Source: an uncultured bacterium
Lineage (GTDB): Bacteria; Desulfobacterota; Deferrimicrobia; Deferrimicrobiales; Deferrimicrobiaceae
NCBI GenBank assembly: GCA_963741515.1
Contig: CAVUIA010000003.1
Location: 1,221-65,220 of the forward strand
DNA length: 64,000 nt
Direction: 5' to 3'
This document shows positions 37,678-47,211 of the stretch, in pieces. Within the stretch, counting starts at the first letter, position 1. Each line of letters begins with the position of its first letter. Both the position numbers and the translations under genes were made by a program. Below the pieces are notes generated by a model. The model made no database searches. It saw only the letters and a program-made list of their open reading frames with translations, and was not told where the DNA came from.

Positions 37678-38469
37678 GTGGCGGCACGCAGGAGACTCGA
37701 CGCCGAACTGGTGGAGCGGGGTCTCGTCGAAACGCGCGCGAAGGCCCAGGGGCTGATCCTCGCGGGCAGGGTCCTTCTTTCCGGGGCGGTCTGCGCGAAG
37801 TGCGGGGCGCCGGTGAAACAGGGCGCGGAAATATCGCTGCTTCCCTCGGAACGACCCTTCGTTTCCCGGGGAGGGGGGAAGCTCGACGGCGCGCTCGACG
37901 ACCTCGGGGTCGACGTCGCCGGCCGCGTCGTCCTGGACGTCGGCTCCTCCACGGGGGGATTCACCGATTGCCTCCTGCGCAGGGGCGCCCTCCGCGTGTA
38001 CGCGGTCGATGTCGGGGAACGGCTGCTCGACGACGGCTTGCGGAACGACCCCCGGGTCATCTCCAAAGAAGGTGTAAACTTTCGGTACGCCCCTGCCGAT
38101 CTTTTACATGAGGAGGTCTCCGTGGCGGTCGTGGACGTGTCTTTCATATCCCTGCGCCATATTCTTCCCGTGCTGTCGCGTTTTCTCGCCCCGGGCGCGC
38201 AGGTGATCCCCCTCGTGAAGCCCCAGTTCGAAGTGGGGAAAGGGAAGGTCGGTAAAGGGGGAGTGGTGAGGGACGACGCGATGCGCAGGGAAGCGGTCGG
38301 GGGCGTGGCCGCGTTCGCCGCGGAACTCGGGTACGAAGTGGCCGGAGAGGCGGAAAGCCGGGTGCACGGCCCCAAGGGGAACCGGGAAGTGTTCCTCCGG
38401 CTTTCCTGGAAGGGAACCGGAAAAGGTTCCTTGACTTCGACGGATGCGGAAGGTAATGATCTTGCCTAG
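37678..38469 (+). CDS. tlyA: TlyA family rRNA (cytidine-2'-O)-methyltransferase
   Basis: RRRLDAELVERGL (S4-like N-terminus) ... VLDVGSSTGGFTDCLL ... DVSFIS. GTG start with GAGGGG upstream; the ORF track starts 24 nt earlier at a TTG. Confidence 0.85.
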   Translation: MAARRRLDAELVERGLVETRAKAQGLILAGRVLLSGAVCAKCGAPVKQGAEISLLPSERPFVSRGGGKLDGALDDLGVDVAGRVVLDVGSSTGGFTDCLLRRGALRVYAVDVGERLLDDGLRNDPRVISKEGVNFRYAPADLLHEEVSVAVVDVSFISLRHILPVLSRFLAPGAQVIPLVKPQFEVGKGKVGKGGVVRDDAMRREAVGGVAAFAAELGYEVAGEAESRVHGPKGNREVFLRLSWKGTGKGSLTSTDAEGNDLA

Positions 38470-38535
38470 ATGCGGGGGTGCGCGCAAATGACATTAGATT
38501 TCACGCCCTTTCGGGCGGGGAAACGAGGTGTGGCG

Positions 38536-39612
38536 ATGAGGCGTCCATCGGGATTCTGCTGGGCGGTAACGGTTCTTGGCATCATGCTCCTCCTGCCCGC
38601 CGGGGCCTTCGCCCAGATGGAAGGCGCGGCGCAGGAGGCGGTTCCTCCAGGGGGGATCGTCCATACCGTCGTTCAGGGAGACACCTTGTGGGACCTCGCC
38701 GCGAAGCACCTGGGCTCCCCGTGGAAATGGAAGGAGATCTGGGAGCTCAACCGCTTCGTGACCAACCCGCATTACATCTACCCGGGCATCCGGATCGTGA
38801 TCGTGCCGTCTGGACCGAAGGACGCGGCGCTTGTCGCCGACTACCCGGCGGGGACGTCCGCACCGGCTGCCGCGGCGCCCGAACCCGCCCCGTCTCCGGC
38901 TCCCGCCCCTGCGGTCGCCAGGGAGTCTTATCTCGGACTCTCCGCCGACGCCTTTGTCGGCGCGGGGCAGTTCCTCCGTGAAAAGCCGAAAGGGATCGGA
39001 AAAATCGTCGGATGCAAGGAACCCAAGGAGATGTTCTCCACGGGCGACGTGGTTTACCTTGAGCTCGACCGGAAGATTCCCGAAGGCCAGATGCTGGCCG
39101 TGTACCGGGTCCGGGGACCCGAAAGCGTTCCCGCCGGGCGCGTGTCTTCCGGCTATGTGAAATTCCTGCTCGGCATCCTGCAGATGGGTCCGGTCGAAGA
39201 AGGCAGACCTACCGCCGTGGTGCGCGGTTCGTTCCTGGACCTTACCCGCGATGAAATCGTATCCGACGAGATCCCCGCCTATTCCCGGGTGAAGGTCGTC
39301 CCCGGCGACGAAGGGCTGCGGGCCACCGTGATCGCCTCCAAGATGGTCAACAAGGAGCTCGCCACCGGCGATTTCGTCTTCCTCGACAGCGGCTCCGCCA
39401 ACGGCGTGGAGGTCGGCAACGTGTTCCGCATCTTCCGGCCGATCGAATTCGAGGCCGGCGCGACCACGGTCCGCACGAGCAAAACGTTGATCGAAGTGGC
39501 CCAGGCCGTGGTGGTCCGGGCGGACAAGGATTTCTCGACGGTGTACGTCCGCTCCAGCACCAAACCGTTCATGGTGGGTGCCCAGGCGCGCAGGGGGATG
39601 CCGGCGAAGTAA
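38536..39612 (+). CDS. secreted LysM peptidoglycan-binding domain protein with Pro/Ala-rich linker and uncharacterized C-terminal domain
   Basis: Signal peptide MRRPSGFCWAVTVLGIMLLLPAGAFAQ. LysM segment HTVVQGDTLWDLAAKHLGSPWKWKEIWELN...IYPGIRIVI. AGGTG Shine-Dalgarno. Confidence 0.75.
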   Translation: MRRPSGFCWAVTVLGIMLLLPAGAFAQMEGAAQEAVPPGGIVHTVVQGDTLWDLAAKHLGSPWKWKEIWELNRFVTNPHYIYPGIRIVIVPSGPKDAALVADYPAGTSAPAAAAPEPAPSPAPAPAVARESYLGLSADAFVGAGQFLREKPKGIGKIVGCKEPKEMFSTGDVVYLELDRKIPEGQMLAVYRVRGPESVPAGRVSSGYVKFLLGILQMGPVEEGRPTAVVRGSFLDLTRDEIVSDEIPAYSRVKVVPGDEGLRATVIASKMVNKELATGDFVFLDSGSANGVEVGNVFRIFRPIEFEAGATTVRTSKTLIEVAQAVVVRADKDFSTVYVRSSTKPFMVGAQARRGMPAK

Positions 39613-39624
39613 TCCGTCCACCCG

Positions 39625-39655
39625 GCCGCCGTTCCCGGCGGCACGATTATTGATC
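39625..39655 (+). terminator. weak intrinsic terminator candidate after the LysM gene (7-bp GC stem GCCGCCG/CGGCGGC, loop TTCC, AU-rich tail)
   Basis: Stem at 39625-39642, followed by ACGATTATTGAT. Confidence 0.3.
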
Positions 39656-39658
39656 AGG

Positions 39659-39690
39659 CATGGGGGAACCCGGAAAGGGGTTCCCCCATG
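39659..39690 (+). promoter_or_regulatory. 13-bp perfect inverted repeat (CATGGGGGAACCC / GGGTTCCCCCATG, 6-nt loop) whose 3' arm contains the dprA start codon
   Basis: Left arm 39659-39671, loop GGAAAG, right arm 39678-39690. The dprA ATG is at 39688-39690. Confidence 0.5.
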
Positions 39691-40746
39691 TGCGATTCGG
39701 AACTGACGTCGCTCGCCGTCGACACGCTTCTTCGCCTCTCCCTGATCGAGGGATTCACCGCCGGGCACCTTCGCCGGTTCCGGTCCGCCCGGTCGTCCTT
39801 TCCGCGCCTCCCCGGCATTCCGCCTTCGCGGGGAAGCTCCCTGCTCGCCCGGGCGGAGGCCGCCTTGTCCTCCTCCGATTCGGAGCGGGAGGCGGACGCC
39901 GTCAGGGAGGCATGCGCCCGATCGGGCGTCTCCATCCTGTCGTGCCTTTCGCCCGAATACCCTCCGGCGCTGCTGGAAATTCCGGACGCGCCCCTGGTCC
40001 TGTACCGGGCGGGCGCTCCCTGGCGGGGCGGGACGGGGGTGGCCGTCGTGGGAAGCCGGGCGCCCACGGGGCCGGGAAGGGAATTCGCCCGAATCCTCGC
40101 CGGAGAGCTGGCCGCCGCCGGGTGCGTCGTCGTCAGCGGGATGGCCCGGGGAATCGACGCGGCGGCCCACCGCGGCGCGCTGCGCGCCGGGGGCGGCACC
40201 GTCGCGGTGCTGGGCTGCGGGGCGGACGTGGCGTACCCGCCGGAGCATGCGGAGCTTCGGGACGAGATCGTGTCGAAGGGGGCGGTGTACTCCGAGTACC
40301 CCCCCGGGACGCCGCCGTTGCCGCGCAGGTTCCCCGCCCGCAACCGCATCGTGAGCGGCCTGTGCCGCGGAGTGGTCGTGGCGGAGGCGCCGGAGCGCAG
40401 CGGCGCGCTCATCACGGCCCGGCTGGCGCTGGAACAGGGGCGGGAGGTGATGGCGGTGCCGGGCAATCCCTGGTTCGTCCACACGGCGGGAAGCAACCGC
40501 CTGTTGAGGGAAGGCGCCGCTCCCGTGTGCTCCGTCGCCGACGTGATCGGGGCGCTGGGGCTGCCGGCCCCCTGCGGGGACCTCCCTTCGCGGATCCTCG
40601 GCGCCCTCGACCGGGAACGGCACGCAGGGGAGATCGCAGGCGCCCTTTCCCTAAGGATATCGGAGCTTCTCCCGGTCCTGATCGAAATGGAAATGGCGAA
40701 TCTGGTTGTAAAACGGTCCGGGGATTATTATAAGAGGAAGTCTTGA
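39688..40746 (+). CDS. dprA: DNA-processing protein DprA (Smf)
   Basis: ...VVGSRAPTGPGREFARILAGELAAAGCVVVSGMARGIDAAAH...AVLGCG... (DprA Rossmann-like domain). Confidence 0.9.
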   Translation: MCDSELTSLAVDTLLRLSLIEGFTAGHLRRFRSARSSFPRLPGIPPSRGSSLLARAEAALSSSDSEREADAVREACARSGVSILSCLSPEYPPALLEIPDAPLVLYRAGAPWRGGTGVAVVGSRAPTGPGREFARILAGELAAAGCVVVSGMARGIDAAAHRGALRAGGGTVAVLGCGADVAYPPEHAELRDEIVSKGAVYSEYPPGTPPLPRRFPARNRIVSGLCRGVVVAEAPERSGALITARLALEQGREVMAVPGNPWFVHTAGSNRLLREGAAPVCSVADVIGALGLPAPCGDLPSRILGALDRERHAGEIAGALSLRISELLPVLIEMEMANLVVKRSGDYYKRKS

Positions 40747-40775
40747 GCGCCGGGATTGTCCCCGGTGGAGGGAAA

Positions 40776-43211
40776 ATGGCCAAAAACCTGGTCGTCGTCG
40801 AATCACCGGCGAAGGCGAAGACGATACAGAAGATCCTCGGCAAGGGATTCCAGGTCCTCTCGTCCATGGGGCACGTGAAGGACCTGCCGAAAAGCCGTCT
40901 CGGCGTCGACGTCCAAAACGGCTTCACCCCCTCTTACGTCGTGATCAAGGACCGGAAGAAGGTCCTGGGGGACATCCTCGAATCCGCCCGCGCCGCCGAC
41001 ACGGTGTACCTCGCCCCCGACCCCGACCGGGAAGGGGAGGCGATCGCGTGGCACATCGCCGACGCCATCCGGGCCGACGCCGGGAAACCGAAAAAGAAGG
41101 CGAAAGGGACCGCCGTCAAGGCCGCGAAGGGGAAAAAGAAGGCGGGGAAGGCGGCGGACGCGCTCAAGGCCCCCGATATCAAGCGAGTCCTCTTCCACGA
41201 GATCACGAAGAAGGGGATCACCCAGGGGATGGCGAATCCCCTGGTCCTCGACGCGAACCGGTTCGACGCCCAGCAGGCCCGCCGGATCCTCGACCGGCTC
41301 GTCGGGTACACCCTCTCCCCGCTCCTGTGGAAGAAGGTCCGCAGGGGGCTTTCCGCCGGGAGGGTGCAGTCGGTCGCGGTGAAGATCGTCTGCGCGAGGG
41401 AAAAGGAGATCGGGGCCTTCGTGCCGGAGGAATACTGGTCCCTGACGGCGCGGTTCGCGGCGGGCAGCCCGCCCCCGTTCCCCGCGCGCCTTTCGGAGGC
41501 GGGCGGGAAGAAGGTCCGTCCCCGGAACGGGGAAGAGACCGCCGCGCTGAGGGCCGCCGTCGAAAACGGCCCCTTCGTCGTGCGCGAGGTCCGCAGGAAA
41601 CTCCGCCGGCGCTTCGCCCCCGCGCCGTTTACCACCTCCAAGCTGCAGCAGGAAGCTTCGAAGGCCCTGAGGATGCAGGCGTACCGGACGATGATGGTCG
41701 CCCAGTCGCTGTACGAAGGGGTGGAAATCCCCTCCGCGGGGCTCGTCGGCCTCATCACCTACATGCGGACCGATTCGGTGCGCGTGGCCGATGAGGCGAG
41801 GGACGCGGCCCGCGATTTCATCCGGCGGGAATACGGAGACGCCTTTCTTCCCGAATCCCCCAACGTGTTCAAGAACCGGAAATCGGCGCAGGACGCCCAC
41901 GAGGCGATCCGGCCCACTTCCCTGGAGTATCCGCCCACGTCCCTGAAGGAGATCCTCAACCGGGACCAGTACCGGCTGTACGAGCTGATCTGGAACCGCT
42001 TCGTCGCCTCCCAGATGGCGCCCGCCGAGTTCGAGCAGACGACCGTCGACATCCTGTGCGACCCCGCGGGGGCCCCGGCGGGGGGGTATGTCTTCCGCGC
42101 CACCGGCTCGGTCCCGAAATTCCAGGGCTACCTGAAGGTGTACCAGGGAGATCCGGACGACGCGCGGGGGGATTCGGCGGGGGAAGAGAACGGGTCGAAG
42201 CCGGACCAGCCCGCCGCGGAGGGGGAGAAGCCCGAGGAGACCGTGTTGCCGCCCCTGACGGAAGGGGAGTCGCTCTCCCTCCTCGACCTGGCGGGCGACC
42301 AGCACTACACGCAGCCGCCTCCGCGGTTCAGCGAGAGCGCCCTCATAAAGGAACTGGAGGAGCAGGGGATCGGCCGCCCGTCCACCTACGCGTCGATCGT
42401 GAAGACGATCCGGGACCGCGGGTACGTCAGGACGGCCGAGGGGAAGTTCGCTCCCACGGAACTGGGCACGATCGTCAACGGCCTCCTGGAAGAGGCCTTC
42501 CCGAGGGTGATGGACGTGGCCTTCACCGCGCGGATGGAGGAGGAGCTCGACCAGATCGAGGACGGCGAGCGGACGATGCTGCAGGCGATGGAGGATTTCT
42601 ACCAGCCGTTTTCCGAAGAGATCGAGCGCGCGAAGATCGACATGCCCGACGTGAAGGGGGACCTGATCGCCACGGGCATCCCCTGTTCCGCCTGCGGGGG
42701 GGAAATGGTGATACGGTTCGGCCGGGCCGGAAGGTTCCTCGCCTGCCGGAACTACCCTTCCTGCCGCAACACCGCCGATTTCCGGGAGACCTCCGAGGGG
42801 AAGGTGGAGATCCTGCCTCCCGTGGAAGCGGGCGTGTCCTGCGACAAGTGCGGGAAGCCGATGATCGTTCGGAACTGGAAGGGGGCCCGGTACATCGCCT
42901 GTTCGGGGTACCCCGATTGCCGGAACAGCAAGCCCTATCCCGTGGGCCTTTCCTGCCCCGAATGCCGGGAAGGGGACGTGGTGGAGCGTTCCTCGAGGTT
43001 CGGCAAGATCTTCTACAGCTGCTCCCGGTACCCGGATTGCCGGTTCGCATCGTGGGGAAAACCCGTCGCCGCGGCGTGTCCCGTGTGCGGTTTCCCGGCG
43101 ATGGCGGAACGGGTCCGGAAAGACGGGACGGCCCATCTCTCCTGCCTGCGGAAAGGATGCAAGGGCAAGGGGGGCCCGGCGAGCGACGGGCCGGCGGCGG
43201 AGGAGAAGTGA
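40776..43211 (+). CDS. topA: DNA topoisomerase I
   Basis: TOPRIM LVVVESPAKAKTI...DPDREGEAIAWH, active-site region ...ITYMRTDS..., and C-terminal Cys4 zinc ribbons (CSACGGEM...CDKCGKPM...CPECREGD...CPVCGF). Confidence 0.95.
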   Translation: MAKNLVVVESPAKAKTIQKILGKGFQVLSSMGHVKDLPKSRLGVDVQNGFTPSYVVIKDRKKVLGDILESARAADTVYLAPDPDREGEAIAWHIADAIRADAGKPKKKAKGTAVKAAKGKKKAGKAADALKAPDIKRVLFHEITKKGITQGMANPLVLDANRFDAQQARRILDRLVGYTLSPLLWKKVRRGLSAGRVQSVAVKIVCAREKEIGAFVPEEYWSLTARFAAGSPPPFPARLSEAGGKKVRPRNGEETAALRAAVENGPFVVREVRRKLRRRFAPAPFTTSKLQQEASKALRMQAYRTMMVAQSLYEGVEIPSAGLVGLITYMRTDSVRVADEARDAARDFIRREYGDAFLPESPNVFKNRKSAQDAHEAIRPTSLEYPPTSLKEILNRDQYRLYELIWNRFVASQMAPAEFEQTTVDILCDPAGAPAGGYVFRATGSVPKFQGYLKVYQGDPDDARGDSAGEENGSKPDQPAAEGEKPEETVLPPLTEGESLSLLDLAGDQHYTQPPPRFSESALIKELEEQGIGRPSTYASIVKTIRDRGYVRTAEGKFAPTELGTIVNGLLEEAFPRVMDVAFTARMEEELDQIEDGERTMLQAMEDFYQPFSEEIERAKIDMPDVKGDLIATGIPCSACGGEMVIRFGRAGRFLACRNYPSCRNTADFRETSEGKVEILPPVEAGVSCDKCGKPMIVRNWKGARYIACSGYPDCRNSKPYPVGLSCPECREGDVVERSSRFGKIFYSCSRYPDCRFASWGKPVAAACPVCGFPAMAERVRKDGTAHLSCLRKGCKGKGGPASDGPAAEEK

Positions 43212-44596
43212 AGGAATACGTCCTCGTCGTCGACGACGAACAGAGCCTCCGCCAGGTTCTCGAGCTGTTCTTCAGGAAGGAAGGGTTCGAGGTCGATACG
43301 GCCTCCTCCCTCGCGGAGGCGGAGAAGTCGATCGAGGCCAAGGCGTACGACCTGGTCCTCACCGACCTCCGCATGGCGAAGGCCGACGACGGCCTGAACG
43401 TCCTCCGGGCGGCCGTGCGCAAGAATCCCTGGACGCAGGTCGTCGTCCTGACCGCGTACGGGACCGTCGAGACGGCGAAGGAGGCGATGAAGCTCGGGGC
43501 GTACGACTACCTCACCAAGCCGTTCGACAACGCCGACCTCCGCAACATCGTGCACGCGGCGCTCGCCCGGAAGGAGGACGACGCGGGACGGCGGAAGGCG
43601 CTGCGCGAATCGGTCCGGGGCACCTCGTCCTACGAGGGGATCATCGGGCGCAGCGAGACGATGCTGAGGATCTTCGAGCTCATCGACCGCGTGGCCCCCA
43701 CCGACGCGAACGTGATGATCCTCGGGGAGAGCGGCACGGGGAAGGAGCTCGTCGCGGCCGCCCTGCATTCCAGGAGCAGCCGGAAGGACCACCTCTTCGT
43801 CCCGATCAACTGCGCGGCGATCCCAGAGACGCTCATCGAGAGCGAGCTGTTCGGGCACGCGCGCGGGGCGTTCACCGGGGCGGTCCAGACCAAGAAGGGG
43901 CTGTTCGAGTCCGCCCATCGCGGGACGCTGTTCCTCGACGAGGTCGGGGAGCTGCCGCAGCCCATGCAGAGCAAGCTGCTGCGCGCCCTGCAGGAGCGGA
44001 CGTTCCGGCGGATCGGCGGAACCGAGGACATATCCATCGATTTCCGGCTCGTCTGCGCCTCGAAGCGGGACCTGAACCGCGAAATGGCCGAGGGAAGGTT
44101 CCGGGACGATCTCTTCTTCCGCCTCAACGTCATCCAGATCTTCGTGCCGCCGCTGCGCGAACGCCGGGAGGACATCCCCGTGCTGGCCGCGCACTTCGCG
44201 GAAAAGTTCGCCGGGAAGCACGGGAAGCCGTTTTCCCGGATCGACGGGGAAGCGATGCGCGCCCTGCTGGCCCACGACTTCCCCGGAAACGTGCGGGAGC
44301 TCGAAAACATCATCGAGCGGGCCACCATCATGGAGACAAAAAACGTCATCTCGATCGACTCCCTGCCTCCCAACGTGACAAAAAATGTCACCCCGGAGCA
44401 GTTTCCGGGCGGATTTTTGCCGCAATCGCTGCCGGAAGAGGGGGCTTTCCTGGACACCGAGATGGACCGCCTGGAGAAAAGCTACCTTCTGAAAGCCCTC
44501 GAAGCCACCGGGGGAAATCGTACTGAAGCCTCGAAATTATTGAATATTTCCTTCCGGTCGCTCCGCTACCGCCTGCAGAAGCACGGGATCGAATAG
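43208..44596 (+). CDS. pilR: sigma54-dependent response regulator (NtrC family; PilR-like by position upstream of pilA)
   Basis: REC domain (VLVVDDE...DLVLTDLRM), AAA+ sigma54 activator domain (GESGTGKEL...GAFTGA...ESELFGH), and C-terminal Fis HTH. GTGA overlap with topA. A sigma54 promoter lies upstream of the next gene. Confidence 0.8.
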   Translation: MKEYVLVVDDEQSLRQVLELFFRKEGFEVDTASSLAEAEKSIEAKAYDLVLTDLRMAKADDGLNVLRAAVRKNPWTQVVVLTAYGTVETAKEAMKLGAYDYLTKPFDNADLRNIVHAALARKEDDAGRRKALRESVRGTSSYEGIIGRSETMLRIFELIDRVAPTDANVMILGESGTGKELVAAALHSRSSRKDHLFVPINCAAIPETLIESELFGHARGAFTGAVQTKKGLFESAHRGTLFLDEVGELPQPMQSKLLRALQERTFRRIGGTEDISIDFRLVCASKRDLNREMAEGRFRDDLFFRLNVIQIFVPPLRERREDIPVLAAHFAEKFAGKHGKPFSRIDGEAMRALLAHDFPGNVRELENIIERATIMETKNVISIDSLPPNVTKNVTPEQFPGGFLPQSLPEEGAFLDTEMDRLEKSYLLKALEATGGNRTEASKLLNISFRSLRYRLQKHGIE

Positions 44597-44623
44597 CCCT
44601 CCCGGGAAATCTCCCTAAAGTTT

Positions 44624-44638
44624 TGGCCCGACCCTTGC
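44624..44638 (+). promoter_or_regulatory. sigma54 (RpoN) -24/-12 promoter upstream of pilA: TGGCCCGACCCTTGC
   Basis: GG at 44625-44626 and GC at 44637-44638 with the canonical 12-nt offset. It lies about 50 nt upstream of the pilA ATG and downstream of a sigma54-dependent activator gene. Confidence 0.65.
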
Positions 44639-44690
44639 GATAGTACTGCTCATCAATTTGGATCTCCACACTCCAAAGGAGGAGAAAACA

Positions 44691-45254
44691 ATGTTGAGCA
44701 TGCTCAGAGGCAAGAAGGGCAAGAAAGGGTTCACGCTGATCGAGTTGATGATCGTCGTCGCGATCATCGGCATCCTGGCCGCCATCGCCATCCCGAACTT
44801 CCTGAAGTTCCAGGCGAAGTCGAAGCAGTCCGAGGCCAAGTCGAACCTCGGCGCGATCTACACCGGCCAGGTGGCCTTCTACGGCGAAGTGAACGCATAC
44901 GGCGATTTCAACAACATCAACTGGTCGCCGTCCGGCACCCCGCGGTATCATTATTCCCTCGGGACGTGGAATGCCGCCGCCGTCGACAACGTCAACCGCG
45001 GCAACATCGTCGACTCCATCACGGAGCCGGCCTGGACCAGCAACCTGAATATGGCCAGGGACGATAACAACGCCCTGGTTTCCGGTACGCTGACCCCTTC
45101 CATCACTGCCGCTTCCGCAGGTGTTTCCGCTTCGTTCGTCGCGGGCGCCGGCGGCAAGATCAGCAACAGCACGGTCACGGACGGCTGGGTGATCATGGAA
45201 GACCCGGACGCCGGCCGGCGCAAGACCCTGGTCTGGACCACCGACGGGACATAA
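44691..45254 (+). CDS. pilA: type IVa major pilin PilA (prepilin, 187 aa)
   Basis: MLSMLRGKKGKKG|FTLIELMIVVAIIGILAAIAIPNF... (class III leader plus N-methyl-Phe motif). AAGGAGGA Shine-Dalgarno, a sigma54 promoter upstream and a strong terminator downstream. Confidence 0.9.
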   Translation: MLSMLRGKKGKKGFTLIELMIVVAIIGILAAIAIPNFLKFQAKSKQSEAKSNLGAIYTGQVAFYGEVNAYGDFNNINWSPSGTPRYHYSLGTWNAAAVDNVNRGNIVDSITEPAWTSNLNMARDDNNALVSGTLTPSITAASAGVSASFVAGAGGKISNSTVTDGWVIMEDPDAGRRKTLVWTTDGT

Positions 45255-45296
45255 CCCGCGAGCGGTCGATGATAGTTCCCCGATACCCGGGGAAAG

Positions 45297-45327
45297 CCAA
45301 GGGGCGCTTCGGCGCCCCTTGGTTTTT
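45297..45327 (+). terminator. rho-independent terminator after pilA
   Basis: CCAAGGGGCGC-TTCG-GCGCCCCTTGG followed by TTTTT. Confidence 0.8.
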
Positions 45328-45366
45328 GACCTCTTGCGCCTCCGGTCGAGGCCGCTGTATCGTACG

Positions 45367-46251
45367 CGGATGAGTGAAACGGCGAGGGGGAAATGGGCAT
45401 GGGCGGCGGCCGCGGCGCTCCTGCTGTCGGCGGGGTTCTCGTGGAACCTGGTCTCCCTGCGCAGTCTGCCGGAAGTCGGCAAACTGGGGGCGGCCCGCCC
45501 GGGCCTGCTGGCGGCGGTCGGCAAGCACCCTCCCTATTCCTTCGGGTTCAGGAACCTCCTGGCCGACGTCGCCTGGCTCGAAACGGTGCAGGTGGCGGGA
45601 AACATGGAGATGACCGGGAGCGATTACGACCGGCTTTTCGATCTTCTGAACGTCGTGTCGGACCTCGACCCGAGGTTCAAGGTCCCTTACCTCCTGGGGG
45701 GGCTGGTCCTGGGGGAATCGGAGGAGCACGGGCGTGAGGCATTGCAGGTATTCGCCCGCGGCAAGGCGCAATTCCCGAAGGATTGGAGATTTCCCTTTTA
45801 TATGGGGTTCACGCAGTATTTCACCTTGGGAGACCCGGTGGCGGCGGGGCGGGAGATGATGGATGCGTCCATGCTGCCGGGATGCCCGGAGTTCGTTCCG
45901 GGTCTCGGGTCCCGGATGATGTCGGAGGCGAGGGACACGGAGGCCGCGCTGGCCATGCTGACGTCCGTCGCCCGGCAGGAGACCGATGAGGCGAGAAGAT
46001 CCGTGCTGGAGCGGAGAATAAAGGACGTCATCGTCGAGCGGGACCTTCAGGCGCTCGAGGGTGCGGCGGCATCGTATCGGGAGAAAACCGGGGCCGCTCC
46101 CGCACGTCTGACGGACCTGGTCGCCGCGGGGTTCCTTCCGAGGATCCCCGTCGAGCCGCACGGCGGGAAGTACATCCTGGAGGCCGAGGGAAAGGTGCGC
46201 AGCGACAAGGTCGCCCAGCGGCTGCAGGTGTTCCGGAAGTGGAAGCCATGA
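45367..46251 (+). CDS. secreted hypothetical protein, PilG-like accessory component of the pilus-associated ABC system
   Basis: Signal peptide MSETARGKWAWAAAAALLLSAGF. Followed by an ABC ATPase (ATGA overlap) and an ABC-2 permease. It occupies the position of the pilG-pilH-pilI module of Myxococcus (family knowledge). Confidence 0.5.
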   Translation, partial: RMSETARGKWAWAAAAALLLSAGFSWNLVSLRSLPEVGKLGAARPGLLAAVGKHPPYSFGFRNLLADVAWLETVQVAGNMEMTGSDYDRLFDLLNVVSDLDPRFKVPYLLGGLVLGESEEHGREALQVFARGKAQFPKDWRFPFYMGFTQYFTLGDPVAAGREMMDASMLPGCPEFVPGLGSRMMSEARDTEAALAMLTSVARQETDEARRSVLERRIKDVIVERDLQALEGAAASYREKTGAAPARLTDLVAAGFLPRIPVEPHGGKYILEAEGKVRSDKVAQRLQVFRKWKP

Positions 46252-47210
46252 CGGAACGGGGCAGGGTCCTCGCCATCGAGGGATTGGCGAAATCGTTCCC
46301 GACGGGTTTCTGGCGCAAGCCCGTGCGGGTCCTGGAGGACCTGTCCTTCGAGGTGCGGGAGAACGAGATCGTCGGGTTCCTCGGCCCCAACGGCGCGGGG
46401 AAGACCACGACGATCAAGATCCTGAACCGGCTGGCGTTTCCCGATGCGGGAAAGGCCATGTTGTTCGGGGAGGACGTCTCCGGCGGCACGGGGTTCCGCA
46501 GCCGCGTCGGATTCATGCCGGAACAGCCGTACTTCTACGAATACCTCACCGCGGCCGAGTTCCTGCGCCTGTGCGGTCACCTGTGCGGGGTGTCCCCGCG
46601 GGAGACGGCGTTGCGCTCCGCGGAGCTCCTTTGCCGGGTCGGGCTGGACGGCGCGCAGGGGAAAGCCATCCGGAAATTCTCGAAGGGGATGATGCAGCGG
46701 CTGGGGCTGGCCCAGGCGCTGCTTCACGACCCCGAGCTGGTGATTCTCGACGAGCCGATGTCCGGGCTGGACCCCATGGGGCGGATGGAGGTGCGCGGCA
46801 TCATCCGCGACCTCAAGGCGGCCGGGAAGACCGTTTTCTTCAGCTCCCACATCATCTCCGACGTGGAGGCGCTCTGCGACCGGGTCATCATGCTGAACAA
46901 GGGGCGCAAGGTGGCCGAGGGGCGGGTGGAGGAGTTGATCGGGGCGGAGATCCTCTACATCGAGATCGTCGTCTCCCCGGTCCCGCCGCCGGAACGGCTG
47001 GCGGCCGCCGGGATCCCGTCCGGCGCGGGGATGGCCCAGGGCGACCTGTTCGTGCTTCGGGCCCCTGGCCACGCGGACGCCAACCGCTGGATGGAGGGTC
47101 TCCTCCGGGGAGGGGCCTCGGTCCTCTCGTGCGTCCCCGTCAAGAGACGCCTGGAAGATATTTTCGTGGAGAGGGTCGGCGGAAACGGCGCGAAGGCGGA
47201 GGCATCGTAG
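46248..47210 (+). CDS. ABC transporter ATP-binding protein (ABC-2 subfamily; PilH-like)
   Basis: GPNGAGKTTT (Walker A), LSGGQ-equivalent FSKGMMQRLGLA, ILDEPMSGLD (Walker B). Confidence 0.85.
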   Translation: MTERGRVLAIEGLAKSFPTGFWRKPVRVLEDLSFEVRENEIVGFLGPNGAGKTTTIKILNRLAFPDAGKAMLFGEDVSGGTGFRSRVGFMPEQPYFYEYLTAAEFLRLCGHLCGVSPRETALRSAELLCRVGLDGAQGKAIRKFSKGMMQRLGLAQALLHDPELVILDEPMSGLDPMGRMEVRGIIRDLKAAGKTVFFSSHIISDVEALCDRVIMLNKGRKVAEGRVEELIGAEILYIEIVVSPVPPPERLAAAGIPSGAGMAQGDLFVLRAPGHADANRWMEGLLRGGASVLSCVPVKRRLEDIFVERVGGNGAKAEAS

Positions 47211-47211
47211 C

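Noticed and set aside
38040-38110. AT-richer patch with AGGAGG followed by an in-frame GTG inside tlyA.
   Set aside because: It falls within the conserved methyltransferase domain, and the GTG simply encodes an internal Val. Probably chance rather than an internal start.
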